This document shows, piece by piece, positions 1 through 14,700 of a stretch of DNA of 64,000 bases. The notes below the pieces were generated by a model that worked only from the letters and a program-made list of their open reading frames with translations, did no database searches and had not been told where the DNA came from. The first letter of the stretch is position 1; each line of letters opens with the position of its first letter. The position numbers were made by a program, and so were the translations under genes. The DNA is from Paramecium tetraurelia (Eukaryota): assembly GCA_000165425.1 (NCBI GenBank), contig CT868152.1, positions 1 through 64,000 on the forward strand, written 5' to 3'.

Positions 1-402
1 TTGAGCTAAACTAACCTAAAGTAGACCCATCATGATATAATCAACTATTAAATTGAACTAATGTTAAATAACATTTATAGAAATTAAATAAATAAGATTA
101 GTTTAGCATAATAGTTTTATCGAAATCTCCTATATTGTATAATAATAGCTCTATAACTTAATAAGTCTCTTATGAAAAAGAGTAAAGATTTTGGATTTAG
201 GTATAAAACAGTATTAATTTGCCAACTTAAGAAATCATTCAATTGGCTTGATAATATACTATGAATTTTTTATAGTTTTCAATAATTAAAAGATCCTAAA
301 TCAATTATTGTTTCTAAATGTTTATTAGAAAAATATTTCCTCATTATTTTAAGGAGAGTTAGTAATATAGTAGTATTTTAATAATTTAATCATTAATAAC
401 AC

Positions 403-1423
403 ATGTCCAAATAAAAAAAGCTTAATTCCTAAACTTACAATTTTGAGTCATTCGGAAGTTAAATTAAAAAAGAATCAAAATGCCATGCTTTTGCTTTTAA
501 TAGTGATAACACTCTCATCTTTGCAGGTGTGAAAAGTTCATTAGAAATTTATTAATTTTATCATGGCACATTAAAATACTTGAATTAATTTGTTAAGCAT
601 AAAGAAATGATAAGCACTTTAAATTACATAAAAAGAAATTAAAGCATTGTTACAACTTCTTATGACAATTCTATTATTATATGGCCAAAATATTTAGTGT
701 CAAATCTGAAATTCATTTAAAAATTAAATCAACATAAGGATGGAATATTATGTTTAGTAATTACTCCACTTTTGGAAGATTGGCTAATAACTGGTAGTCA
801 TGATGAAACGATCAAATTTTTGGAATTAGAAAAAATCATAATGGGTTTGTTAGAAAAGTATGGAATGCAATGATTCTCCTATTTGGTCAATATCAATGCT
901 TGAATCTGGTGTTAAATGTATTTCATTGAGCAATAATTATATCATGGTGTTCATTTTTGAAAATTCTAAATGGATTGCTCATTAATAAATTGAACATTCG
1001 ACATTTGGATTAAGATTATGCTTTATAAATAATGAAACATTTATATTTCAACCTGAATATTAAAATTTCTTTTACATATATTAGCTCAATAAAAATGGGC
1101 ATTATGTTACATAAACACCAATTCCATCTGATAGTGATGCTGATCCAGATGATGATTTATTTCCAGCCATATATAACAAAAATAAGAGCATACTATTAAT
1201 TAAAAATATGAATGTACCTTTAAGTGTTCAACGTTTAAAGAATTTAAAGTATTTATTGTATCTATAAATAGATAAAAAGGCCTCGAAGTTTATTATAAAT
1301 TAGGTTATCTAATTTAAAGATACTTCAGTTTATGGAGCACTCAGTGATGATGGTGAATATTTAATTACTTGGGATGTTTATTCAAAGTAAATTGAGGTAA
1401 GAAAATGGATGAAGAAAAAATGA
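403..1423 (+). pseudogene. WD40-repeat protein (expanded Paramecium-type family) with a +1 frameshift; pseudogene or sequencing error
   Basis: Table-6 translation gives WD motifs HKEMISTL..TTSYDNSIIIW and HKDGILCL..ITGSHDETIKF(W). An extra T in the run near 817-821 shifts the frame, which continues as ..FGLRLCFINNETFIFQP..LFPAIYNKNKSILLIKN..LSDDGEYLITWD and ends at TGA 1421-1423. The start may lie upstream. Confidence 0.75.
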
Positions 1424-1749
1424 TTAAATAAATATTATAATTATAAATTAAATGCTGCTTTAAGTCTTCCTTTTTACCAATCTGTTTATATTCATTCTAT
1501 ATATATCTTAACAAAGAGCTAGTTAACTGAGAATTCCTGAAATCACCTAAGCCTATAAGAATTAAATACAAAAGATTAAAATTGAACAGGAGAGAACAAA
1601 AAAGTAACCCTTAAGAATGATTAGTTTGATTATGAATTTCTTAAATTTATTAAAACTAAACTATAAATCTTGGTTACAACAAATAATTAAAAAAAATATA
1701 TAAATTCTGAAGGCGCTATCTTAAGAATGTTATTAGGCCTTGACTGATA

Positions 1750-3440
1750 AAGCGATTATATAAATCAATGTTGGAAAAAACCAGATCTGCTAACTAATTT
1801 AAAATAGATCTAATGAATAGAGAAAAGGTGAAAAAAAGATTGGAAATTGGATTGTAATTTCGAAGAGCTAAACTTTTTAGGCGGTGAATAAATGGTACTC
1901 TGATATGGAAAGTAGCTGGGGCTGTGTACTGAAATATTCAATAATTATTGGAGTAATGGTGAAGGATATATAAAAAGTGAAGTAATGATTAAAGGTATGT
2001 TGTTTGGAAGTCATTAATTAAGATAAAGTGATGTATTAATGTCATTAATTATTTTTAATTAGTTAGTTTGAAATAGATTATATGTAATGGTGAATTTAAG
2101 AATGGTAATTAGATTTGGTCATGGATATCTTGTATAAGTGTCAAGACTCAATTTACAAAGTCATTTTAAATGGTATTTTTTTTATTGTGGATGGGGGGGC
2201 GGGGGAATAATATGAGAAAAATGGTCGATGGATAGATTTGAATAACTTTTTCTGGAAATAATTAATGAGATTATTTTAATTCTTTAGAAAATGTGAAGTT
2301 ATTTATCAAGTTTAATATAAAAATAAGAAAAGGTTGGTCAATGGTTCATCTATTCTAGTACAGTTAAAGTTAGCTATTTGAAAGGAAATACAATAAATAT
2401 ATTAATCGTGGTGGTTATTATGATGAATAAGGATAAAAACTTAGTTAATGGATAGAAAATAAGTACTAGTTTTTGCAGGTATTGAATTAGTGTAACATTA
2501 ACTTATAAGTGATTGCTATATATATTTTAGGGAGATTATAGCTAAGGTAAAAAGATTTTTAGATGGAATTTTCTCTATAGATTGAATAATAAACCATTTC
2601 AATAGATGTAATTTCTTAAATTATAATCAATTTTTAGTGGTGGAGGTTCTTATAATTAAGAAGTGTTTGAAATTGGAAGTTGGGTAGAGTTGTGTATGAA
2701 TTTTGTAAGTATATTTGTTAAAAATCCTTTTACTTAGATAAAGCGAATTACATATATTGGGAATATAAAAAAAGTGTTATAATAGACAGATGGAACATTA
2801 TTTATGAATGTATATAAGAGTATATCCATAATGCTTTAACTATATGCGGGGGATCTTATTGGTACAGATTGAAGGCTGGCAACTGGGTAGAAATAAGCGA
2901 CGATTTTTATGAGTATAGATTTACCCAACTCAATCTTAATTGTTATAGTTAAGTGACATATAAAGGAGATTATTGTTTTGTAAAAAATAGGAATACATTT
3001 TCTATTGACTAATACATATAATATTTTATCTATTATACATCGTCATTAGTGGTGGAGGGTCATGTGATTATTAATTAAACTTGGAGAATTACATATGGAT
3101 AGAATGAAGCCCTAAATTCATAAGTATTATTTTGTCTACTCTTATAGTACAAGCAAAGTGATTAAAAAAGGTGTATATAAGATTAAAGATTTGGTAGATG
3201 TGAAATATCTTTCAAGAAATAGAAAAAATTAGGTAGATGGAATATCAGATTTACATAAAGCATATGGAAATAATGTAATATTAATTTATTGGGACTAGTG
3301 GTGGAGTTGATTATGATAAAGATGGTTTAAAATCTGGTGATCGGGTGGCTGTAGGAGAGAATTTTGGAGAGCAAAGATATCATAATATAAATATTTAAAA
3401 AATATAACAAATTTAAAATAGTCATTTAATCAAATTATTC
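1750..3440 (+). pseudogene. Decayed member of a Paramecium tandem-repeat family (GGGxY..GxKxGxWxE, MORN-variant-like repeats)
   Basis: Recurrent fragments GGGSYNQE..IGSWVEL, GGSYWY..AGNWVEISDDF, GGVDYDKDGLKSGDRV and GYYDEQGQKLSQWIE, interrupted by tiny introns, frameshifts and TGA stops. Boundaries approximate. Confidence 0.65.
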
Positions 3441-4156
3441 ATAAAGGCGACAACATTTTATTGTGATTAAATTACAACGATTATTTTTTTATTAGGTTTT
3501 CTCATAAATATTGCAATTTACAATTTTAACATAAATTCAATATATCTTTTAAGAATTATCGTCGAATTAATAAGATAATCTAAGATTAGATGGGTAAGAC
3601 TAGTGTCTTTAGTAATTAATTAGAATGTATAGCAATTTTTATGTAAATTTTTTAAGAGACTTGAAATATTCAGTATATTTCATAATAGATCTAATCTATA
3701 TTTCTATTAAAGGGATGGAATAAGCATTAATAATTTATATGAAATAGTTAATAACAAATCCTGACTTCTATGATTAGTAATTTACTGAAAAACATAGAAA
3801 ACCCTTTATTCTCAAATTTAGAAAAAAGGAAAAATATTTTAATTAATATATTTTCTGATCATAATAACATTTCTATTCACTAAATTAGATTTTAAAGCAT
3901 GAATTATTCAATGTAAAAATAGTATAAATATAAATCAATTGGCCAAAGAAAATGAGTATAAAATGATTAAAATATGACGTCTGATTATTGACCTCTCAGT
4001 TTTGAATTACTGTACTTAGAATTATATAGGGAAAAGATTATTGCTTAAATAATTTAAATTAGCATTTAATAATAATTTCACTCCATCATTCTATAGTATT
4101 CTATAAATGATTATATTTAATTTATTGAATATTGTTATGAATAAATTATAAATATA

Positions 4157-5305
4157 ATGAATCAATTCAATCTTCCAAATATCAGAGATATAAGAGCAGA
4201 AAAACAGTAAAAAATTCATTAAAATGAATCTTATTAAGAAAATATAAAGAAATAAAATCTTTTGGGTTTTGGTTAGTCATAAGACTATGAGGTTTTGAAA
4301 ACAAATGATTTCTAATCAACAATTAATTTTGATCTCGTCTTATAATATTAAATGAGGGAAAATTGTTATGCTATGGATTTTGATAAATCCTTATCCCTGA
4401 TAATAATCGGAGATCGAAACGGATTTATATAATTATTTAAATTTCAATCGAAGAATTTGAAAAAACAAAAAATTGTAAAAGGTCACAGATGTGTAATTTG
4501 TATAGTGGTTTTAAAACATTCAAACTAATTCATATCAAGTGGAGATACAAGCATAAAAATCTGGTCATTTCAAGGTATATATCTAAGACAATTGTAATAT
4601 TTATCTGGTCATTCAAGGCCTGTTAGATGTATAATTGTAAGTAATAATGAAGATCTTATTGTATCAGGAGGAAATGATTTTTATATTAAATTTTGGATTA
4701 GAAATGCTAATATTTGCACTTTTGACTAATAATTATTAGAACACTAAAATTGGATTTGCGGAATGAGTTTAAATGAATCATAAAATTAATTGATATCGAC
4801 AGCTTGGTAAGAACCTTTAATACTAATAAGTCAATAATAGTCATGTAAGACATGGGCTGTTATTTAAACAATTTCTTGTGATTTGTTCGGTTTAAGGGTT
4901 TGTTTTCTAAATAATGAAATGTTTTCATTCTAACCATTTAATGGTGAAACTATGCAAATATATTAATGGTAATCTTAAAAAAAATTATATACTCTAACCA
5001 AAACTTTAAATGTATAATAAAGTAAAGAGGCTTGCACTAACTTATTTCCATCGTAATTTATTAAAGAAAAATCCCTTTTGGTAAATAAAAATGGAGAATG
5101 TGTTAATATCATTTCCATAGAAAATAATAATGATTGTACTTTATCATAATAACTGTAATTTGGCCATTATTGTATTAATGGGAAAATTAGTTATGATGGC
5201 TAATATTTGATCACATGGGACTTTTGTTCAAGTTAAATATAAATAAGGTAATTGAGAAACTATTAAAAAAATGATTTTTATTTCTAAACTAATAAAAATG
5301 ATTGA
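4157..5305 (+). CDS. WD40-repeat protein, paralogue of the 403-1423 gene
   Basis: Open in table 6: GHRCVIC..SSGDTSIKIW, GHSRPVRCIIVSNNEDLIVSGGNDFYIKFW, EHQNWICGMSLN, FGLRVCFLNNEMFSFQP, ISYDGQYLITWD. Confidence 0.85.
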
Positions 5306-5426
5306 TATTAAACTTAAATGGTTAAAAAAATCTTTTATTTATCAAATATACCAATATTAATTTAAAATTATAAATCAAATTAGATAAAGAATTTATTTAT
5401 GCTAATCTAATTAAATCTTTTCTTAG

Positions 5427-7619
5427 TCATGTAAGTCTAACAAACATTTTAATAATTATCTATAATTTAAAATGGCTTGAGAATGTTAACTTTATACTAA
5501 TCCCCAAACTTTTTCTATATCAAACACATCAAGGCGCACCTTATAATTCTATTATTAAATACTTGATCATAATAATCTCGTAAAACTTTATGAACTTCCT
5601 TTAATTGATTTCTCTGTATTAATTCAAAATGGGCTTATTATATAATAAGATTAAATTGATCATTTGCTCCCATTGGATCAAGGAGGTTAATATCTTCATC
5701 ATCACTTTCTATATTCCTTTCTTATTTAGAAGCCCCTTTAATTATGATTTCAGATTTTATGTCTTAATTTTCTAAGGAGCTATTTTTTTAATTAGTTAGA
5801 TCCTAATGTTTGATTAGAACAGATTCCTCCTATAAAGATTCAGCCATTAATTCCTGTTTTTAATTTTTATTTTTATAAGTTATCAGGTGATTATTCTTAA
5901 GCTTAAATATCATTATCATCATTTTTTACTAATGATATTACTAAATTTTGGATTGGATTTTACATGTGCTCTTCATCTTTTATTAAATCAACTGATATTT
6001 AATTCGAATCATCTTAGCATACTTCCTGATGACTTAAAATGCTTTAATTTATTTAAAATTAGAGTAATACATCATTCTATTCTTAATATTGGCATTAATT
6101 ATTAGAATTAACTTCACAAATTTCTTCAGAACGCTCTTTATTTTTATATTCTAAGGTAGATTTTAAGTCAGAAGTAATTTCTCTTTTTTTTAGAATTTGC
6201 ATTCGTAAATATTTTGTAAATTTTTCATGTTATGGCCAGTCNNNNNNNNNNNNNNNNNNNNNNNNNNNNNNNNNNNNNNNNNNNNNNNNNNNNNNNNNNN
6301 NNNNNNNNNNNNNNNNNNNNNNNNNNNNNNNNNNNNNNNNNNNNNNNNNNNNNNNNNNNNNNNNNNNNNNNNNNNNNNNNNNNNNNNNNNNTGATAGCAA
6401 ACACATTAATGCTCACCCCATAACCCCATCATCAAAAACTCGATCATAAAAAGCCCGAAAAACTTCATGAACGCCCTAAAATTGATTTTTTTGTATTAAC
6501 CCAAATTTGGCGCACCACACAATTATATCAAAATTATCATGTTCTCCCATTTGATCAAGGAGGTTTATATCTTCAGCAGCACTCTCTATATCCCTCTCTC
6601 ATTTATAAGCCCCCCCAATTTTGAGCTCAGACCTTATGCCCCAACCTTTTTAGGATCTACCCCCTCAATTAGTTATATCTCTAATGCTTGATTAGATTAG
6701 ATCCCTTCTATATAGATTTAGTCATTAATTCCTGCCTTAACCCCCACCCGGATAAGGTATCTTTGGAGCAGTCTTAAGCTCAATTACCATTATCTCCACC
6801 CCTTTCTAATGATTTCATCAAATCTCGGATTGGACTTTTCATTGGTTCTCCACCCCCCAGTAAATCAATTGACACCTTACCCGAATCACCTTAGCATACT
6901 CCCTGTTGACTCAAAAGGCGGGAACTCACGGTAAATTAGAGGAATACTTCATTCTACCCTTAACATTGGCATCAATTATTAGAATTAACTTCACAAATTT
7001 CTTCAGAACGCTCTTCACCTTTATATTCTAAGGTAGATCTTAAGTCAGAAGTAATTTCTCTCCCTTTTAGAATTTGCATTCGTAAATATTTTGTAAATTT
7101 TTCATGTTATGGCCAGTCCCATTTTAGCCTTAATTCAGATCGGTTTTAAAGAGCCTACATACTTAAAATAATGTTGTTCTCCTCTCCTTTAATCATAAAT
7201 TAATCATCCTAAACTAAGAATTATTATCAATGATTACTTGAATCAACTAACTCATTTTCATCGCCTGATGCAAATTCAAGATTATGTTTATTCTCATTTT
7301 ATAAGTTATTTGATTTTAATTTTTCTTCTTCTTTTGACAGATTTTCCTTTTTATTCTAAGTTTGCACATCTAAATTACTTTGTTGTATTTTTGAATTAAG
7401 GATATTTCTCATTTCCCTTTTCTATTTTTTATCTTGTTCCTTTAGTTAACTTCTACTTAACCCTGTCCTTTTCTTCATTTTATCATATTCACTAAAAAAA
7501 CAGGACGAATTGTGATGAATCATCTTGAGCTAGCTATCACATTCAAATTAGCAGTAGTTACATCGGTAGCTGTCATCCTTTTATTTCTTGACAATGCCCA
7601 AAGACTTTAAGTAATTCAT
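5427..7619 (-). CDS. Hypothetical protein with N-terminal C2HC-type zinc finger; split by the N gap and the artefactual duplication
   Basis: Minus strand begins MNYLKSLGIVKKQKDDSYRCNYCQFECDSQLKMIHHNSSC. Coding-like sequence continues past the gap (DEDINLLDPMGANDQF..IIRCALMCLIQK). The 3' end is approximate. Confidence 0.5.
5515..7118. repeat. Direct duplication, 5515-6241 approximately equal to 6392-7118, flanking an N gap (unmerged contig overlap)
   Basis: Both copies end in ...tttttcatgttatggccagtc. They are near-identical at that end, and mismatches (many T>C) increase in the right-hand copy toward the gap. Confidence 0.9.
6242..6391. other. Assembly gap (N run)
   Basis: Run of n characters. 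Confidence 1.
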
Positions 7620-8499
7620 TTATTAATTCCTAAAGCCTTTTAAAATTTTGGCTTTGTTTCATAATTCTTATTATATATTGTGATGAATATTAAAATGAGA
7701 AATGCAATATTATCAAATAATCTTTAAAGTTATCAAATTTATATCTTTTTCTTTTATATTTTAAAAAAGTATTGAAGGTATACTACTATGATTAGTAAAT
7801 CCTTTTTTTTTATTACCATCTTCATTAATAAAAATACCTTCAATTAATATTATCACTCACTAAGTATTCCCATAAAATCATTGTAATTTAGAAATACAAT
7901 TTATTGTTACAAATTTGTACAAAAATTGATTGGATAGATAGAAAGTTTGATTAAATCATTAATCCTAATTTGAACAATTGAAGAAAAAATTGGTAACTCA
8001 ATTTCAGTCTCCCAAAATCAATGATTGAATCATTTAATTATGATACTTTAGAAATAATTATCGAAGGTAATGGGCATGGCATAGAACAATGATAATAATA
8101 TTGAACAGGCTTAATGAAAGTGAATTATTATATTAATTACTAATATCGAGTTTAAGTTCCTTAAATAGGCTACTTAGGAGATAGAAGAAAAAAATACACT
8201 GCTAAATAATAGTTCAAAATTTAATAATTTTATTTTATTAATATAACTATTCCTAACAATACTTTAGAACATATAGAAAAATTACAATTAGCAAATAAAT
8301 CAAAAATAGAGATTGAGTCAACTTATTTGCTTTCACAAGTTGTTAACTCAATCGAAATTCCATTTAAATTGTAAAATTATTCATAATTTCTACTTTAAAT
8401 TCAATTATTTTTTATTGAATATTTTAATACAATTAATAATAAATGAATTTTGTAAACCAATATTGTCAAAGAATCGATCACCTCAAAAATCCCTTGATT

Positions 8500-9376
8500 G
8501 GAGTCTGTACATATAGAACCTGCTAAAACTTGAAGCTATGCTGCTAATTATGTCTTGAAATTCACAGAGACCATTCGGAAAGTTTATTACAATTTGATTT
8601 GGTCCGAAGTTAGATGGCTTTAGGAGTACAAATTATAAAGGAAATATAGTTTAATATATAAGAATGTCATTAAGTTATAAATATTTTAAGCAGCTTTATT
8701 AAGTCAGCTGAGGACTGCATTATTAATAATTTATAAGAAATTTAGATTTCTAATTTGGATCTATAAATTGATTAATTCAGAAAATTAGGATTGGTTAAAG
8801 TTACTTTATTACCATAATTGAGTGAATTAATAAAACTATTAAGACTGATGGGAAAAGAATGGGAAAATTTATCGAAGAGGGATATATATAATGTAGAAAA
8901 TGATTTTGGGATCTAAAATAAAACAGAAAAAAAGAAATTGATTGAAAAGTAAATTTATGATCAAAAGGAATCATTATAAACCCCAATAAATAAGGATAAT
9001 TAATTTATAGTTAGATTTGAAGGTAATTTATAATGTCGATATGTGGACATCTAACAAAATGGAAGAATAATATAGGGCTAAGGTTTATTTTTTGGAAATT
9101 AAGTGATTCCAAAGATTGGGATAACAAAATTCGCATTAAAAATATTGGATGTTAAGTCTTTTGTTAATATTGGCATAGGCAATAAAGACATGATAATTAG
9201 ATCAAATTACACTCCTAATTTAAAATTTATTGGACATGGGTAAATAACTTATCTAATTTAGAACTTACTTAATAAGCAATCAAGGTTACAACTATTCCCA
9301 CTAATCAAAAAACTAGAATGATATATAGTGATCGTTCCCCTTTGCTATATATGGCAAAAATCCACTAGAGATAGAT
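8500..9376 (+). pseudogene. Degenerate hypothetical gene fragment, truncated by the gap
   Basis: Coding-like patches (KTDGKRMGKFIEEGYI, EGNYNVDMWTS, SNYTPNLKFIGHG) in shifting frames; no confident family. Confidence 0.3.
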
Positions 9377-9453
9377 NNNNNNNNNNNNNNNNNNNNNNNN
9401 NNNNNNNNNNNNNNNNNNNNNNNNNNNNNNNNNNNNNNNNNNNNNNNNNNNNN
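9377..9453. other. Assembly gap (N run)
   Basis: Run of n characters. Confidence 1.
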
Positions 9454-9559
9454 AATAAATAATGAATCAGATTTTTTCCCCTTTAATTTAAATACATGGA
9501 AAGGTTGAAGTTTAAGATCAATTTTGAATTAACAATCTATTAATATTTATTTATCATAA

Positions 9560-9900
9560 CTCTTTCATAATTAATAATTTATTTTCTAATTTTATTTTAC
9601 ATTATCTCGGAACTTTATTAAATTACCAACACTTGAATTTACCATTTTTAGTCCTAGTCCTGTTTCATCAATGAATACAAAATTGTATCGCTAATGAAAA
9701 AAATCTAAGTACCAAATGGAATGATTATTCTATAATATTTATTTCCAATAATATTCAAGTGTTGATTTTTATAAATTTCTAGAAGAAACTTGAAGCTAGC
9801 TTTTATTAGGATATACATTATTTTTGGGTTGCAATTTATTTAATCCGCGCATAATCTTTTACATTAACCCTAAATGTCAATTTGGATATTGCTTTTTATT
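9560..9900 (-). mobile_element. Possible degenerate IS630/Tc1-mariner transposase fragment
   Basis: Minus strand reads RYNFVFIDETGLG (resembles the first catalytic Asp motif), a frameshifted KFKCW just after it, and an upstream YARIKQIATQK. No intact ORF or terminal inverted repeats seen. Confidence 0.3.
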
Positions 9901-11707
9901 AATTTAAAATTATATTAAAAGCTCTTAATATAAGGAGTCAATATTTTACATGACCTCTATTTTCATATTCATTAATTTCTTTTAATCCACATAATATAAT
10001 CTCTCCCCATTATTAAATAATATTTATCTGTCTTGTTGCTTTTGAATTTATTTGCAAAAATCAACCTAACATACAATCAAAAGACCGGTATGGCTGCAAT
10101 AAAAACTACCCTATGTTTTATTTATTTTTTATTTTGCTTCTTAAGTTCTCCTATTTGATAATTAGGCTATTTATTTAATATAATTATTTTTAAAGAATCT
10201 GTTTTAATCATCGCCCAGAAATTCTCTATTAAATTTTTCTATAATTAAGAAAATGTAATTTATTATTTTGAATTGTGAAACTATTGCATATCGAAGTAAT
10301 AAACTCTTTAATGAATTGACTGAAAAAACATTCTCTCATATTTGAATAAGAGATTTCTTGAAATAAATATATTAATTTGTGGTGGAGAAATACATAAAAA
10401 TATCACCACAACCCAGTTAAGTAAATTAAAATTTAATGAATCATTTAAATAAAATTCCTATTTTCATTCCACGTTAGTAATCATACACTTTCAAAATTTT
10501 AAATTGAATCGTTAACATTATTATAATCTCCTTGATATTTTATCAGTATGAAAATTAAATAGGCAGGCCAGCACTTTACCATCAACATTACTTTGGAGTT
10601 AATTAAATAAAAATCAAATTGGAGACCAAATATTGATAAAAATTAATCGAATTCTTGATATGCTTACACAAAAGTAAAATAATAGACTAGAGAGTAAGTA
10701 TTTATTGTGATAATCTGAATTTTTTTTCAATCCATTAAATTTCAGTTGAATATATTAATAAACTTATTGAATTTCTAATAATTGTTAGTAGTGATTAAAA
10801 TTTGTCAGCAAAATTATTTTTGCAGTTTATATCCAAAATTTTGTAAATGATGCTTAACTTCCAAATCACAAGAAAAAATTAGAGAAAATTATTGAGATTG
10901 GATGATTTCATCTTTAACAAAGAGTGATAATACTAAAAAATAAATAAATTCAAGAGCAAGATATAAATTTTTAAAATATATTGGGGAATCAAAAACTTTA
11001 GATGTTTAAAATTAAAGAGATGTTTAATGAACTCTTCAGTACTTTTAGATTTAACTTGATATAATCTAATATTGATAGATGCTTTTAAAGTTCTTAAATA
11101 GACTTGAATTTAAGAATAATAGTTGTTATAGAAAATAATAAGAAATAGTGAAAAATTCTGATTTTTTTTGATTTTGAAATAAAAATTAATAACAAGGTTT
11201 GAATGGCAAGAGAGTTATATATCAAATATAAAGATTAAAAATGGTGATGCATTCTCAACTTGAAGTATTTAGCATTCACAGAAGAGCTAAAATAAATTAA
11301 GAGGAGAGAATTGTAAAATCGATTGTTAAATATTTAATATTATATTTTTATTTTCTTCATTTTTAATTCAAGACACGCGAAGGTTTGGTATCTAATTCAT
11401 GTATTATTAGTTTCACCTTACATATTTTCTGCAAACAAGACAATCATTTTAGAATAAAATAATTTTCCATGTCAGATTTAATTAAAGGAGATTCAGACTT
11501 GAATCTGTTTTCAAATAAATGATAAAATTTAGTGTTTAATTTACAAATTGATTAGGATTAATATTTTTGATAATTGATTAATGAAGAAATACAATCTTTA
11601 TAATATACATTTTCTTCGTATTTATAATTACAATAATAATAGTAATTATTTTGGTTCTAAAGCTATTTTTTTCAAATGATTTTGAACACAATAATTTATA
11701 TAATTCA

Positions 11708-14700
11708 ATGTAAATCTACGTATAGATGCCAAATGGGAAAACTATACTCATAGATGTTTAGTTAGAGAAGACCAAAGTGAATGATGTAAAATAGAAGGTG
11801 ATGGAAAAATCAGGGTTGAGATTAGAGGACATTGTATTAGTTTTCAAAGAGGAGATTTTGAAAAACGATTTTTTATTAAAACAGTATGGAATCGACAAAG
11901 AGGCAAAACTTGAGGCAGAAACAGCAGAAACACTAACCAAAAATTATAAATAGAAATTAGGTATTTCATAAATATTATTCAAAAGATGCACTTGAAAATG
12001 AAGTACAGAGATGGCAATAAAAATTTGGAGAAGAAGGAGCATAAAAGGAGGAATTGTAAGATAGATTGAAAGAATCTTTAATCTAATTAGATTAGTATAA
12101 ATATTATTGAAAGCATAGGATTAAATAGGAGAAGGAAACAATTTAACGGGACTTTAATTAGGTTAAAACATAGCTTGATTAATAATAAAAAAAAAATGCT
12201 TAAAGCGCAGATTCCTAATAATTCTAAGCATCCTAATCATCATTTCTGGGAAATGATTTGAAAAATTTGGAATTAGAACTCGCAAGTTAAAAAGCAATTG
12301 TTAGCAGATTTGATATGGAAAGAACTGAATTAAATTCATAGATTGCATATTTCAAATAAGAGAAGCTAGATTTACAAAAGAAAGTGGAAGATTATTAAAA
12401 ATTAAAGGAGGATTTGATAGTTAAGACTTTTGAAATAAAAGGATTGTAAAAAGATTTAGAATTCGCTAATAGTCGAGGAAGTCAAACTAAGGATGAAATA
12501 AATCGAGAATTAGATTTCTCAAAATAATAAATAAAGTATGAACAATAATTAATTTTTAGGAAATTGGAGTAACAATTAGAGGAAGTAAAGACAAAAAATC
12601 AAGAATTGGAAGTAGAAAAGGTAAAATAAGAAATGAAACTTCATATTGATTCTTAATAGATAGAAAAATTGAATGAATTATAATCATAAAATACTCAATT
12701 AGAGAAAAGAATAACTGAATACAAGGCGCAAGTGGTAAGTTTAAATGATCAAGTGAGATTATTGTAAAATAGATAATAAGAAGAGATGAGAAGTTCTATA
12801 AAGGGAACCGATTTTGCATCAGCAGAAAAGATTCAAGTAATATAATCGTTATAACAATAGGGTTATGAATTATAAATAACCAAATTAAATGCTGAACTTA
12901 GGTCAAGCCAATAATCATTTAATGAGAGTTAATAATGTCTATCTGCAGCAAAGAAGCAATGTTTTGATAGTGAAAAGAAAATAATGGAATTGGAGAAGAG
13001 TGTGGAAAGTCTTACATATTTATTAAAGGAGAAGGATAGAGGAATAAAGGAGAGAGAGTAAACTATAAAACAATTAACTGGGGAATTGGAAGAAACAAAG
13101 AAGGATATGATGATATATTAAAAGAATTTAAGCAATTTCAAATAGATCGCCTAATAAGCAGATCCAAAAAAAGTGTTAGAGATCGATAGTGAGGCATTAA
13201 AAGTAGAAGAAAAGTTAAAGTTGAGAGAAGAGTAAAGAAATAGAGAACAAAGACGATAAGAATAGTAAAGGTAAGAGGAACTGCAAGGTAGATAAGAAAA
13301 ATTAAGATAGGAATAATAATAATATTCGGATTTGATGTAGAAAGGTAAAGAACAAAGGCAAAAAACAGCATAATGTATTTTGAGTAAATATCTTAGTTTT
13401 GAAGAAATAGATGTTGGAAAGTCATGGAAAGATTGAAGTTTGCTTTTTGATCGATGTAACAGGATCAATGGATCCATATAAAGAGTAGGCAATGAAATGT
13501 ATTAAGGAGAGTATGAAAAACATCAAAATAAAGACAAACAGGGATGCTTTATGGGCAACTGTAGCATATTAAGATTTTGGAGAATTGAAATAATTGGGAG
13601 GATTATACAAATAATTAAATTTCACTCCAAATCCTAAAGAAATAGAAGAATATTTGTAAGAGATTCCTTGTGCTGGAGGTGGAGACGCAGCAGAAGATAT
13701 TAGAGGAGGCATAATGCAAATGATTAAGAATTTGCATTGGAGTAAAACATTCAAAATTGCTCTTTTGATTTGTGATGCTCCTACTCATGGTAAGAGATAT
13801 AATGGTGGAGTGAGCGATAGATACCCAAATGAAGATATTGAAGATGCTATTAATTTACTTATAGATAATAACATTTTATTTGTTGCTATCCTATTTAATA
13901 AAGTGACATTACCAATGTTTGAAGAAATAAAGAAGATGTATCAACGTGCAGATAGAGAGGAATTATTATTATTTGCAGATTTAGAAAACACAGAATAAGG
14001 CAGAATTTGGTAGGAGCTTGTTGATTTGGTCTCTTAAGCATCATAAAGAGCAACTCAAACAAATAATAAAGGAACTAGATCAAAAAATAACTAGGCGAAT
14101 AAAAGATCCTAATCTGGTGCTATGGAAGCACTTTGCAAGTAAATTAAGGATCCATTTTAATTTGATAAATTACCTGGAGTTAGCATTATTCCAGCTAAGT
14201 TTGGTGTTTTTCGAGTTGAATTGAAGTAGGATTCATTTGAAGCCAACATAGAAAACCTTAAGAGACTTGATATAAATAGGGATTATAGCGTTTATTAAGA
14301 AGGGTAATGGGATTGCATTAGAACTGAGAAATTCTTTGCTTAAGGTTAAATGAAACAGGTGTTTTTGATGAAAAGACAGAACAATTAAAATGAGTTATAT
14401 GTGATAAAAATGCCGATTGGAGATTTAACATACTCCAGTCAAGAATAAGCTGTTGTAGAATGCAGATCTCATCTAATTTCAAAATGCTTAATGAAAAAGT
14501 TTATTAGGGAATTATAGGATGCAAGAGATAAAAGTGATAGATCCATTAAGATTCCTGAAGTGTAATATTCAGACTTTTTGATTTTGAAGGATTTGGAAAG
14601 ATCAAGTATGAAAATGTTAATTATATTTAGATTCATTTTGGATTGCAGAAAGATACTTCACTGGTGAATTCGTTAAGTATAATAATAATTATGGTTTTAT

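Noticed and set aside
6392..7118. Duplicate copy with dense, biased T>C differences resembling hypermutation, RIP-like editing or a diversity-generating template/variable pair
   Set aside because: Divergence rises steadily toward the contig end at the N gap, and the two copies overlap exactly as unmerged contig ends would. This fits a low-quality read tail; no reverse transcriptase is present.
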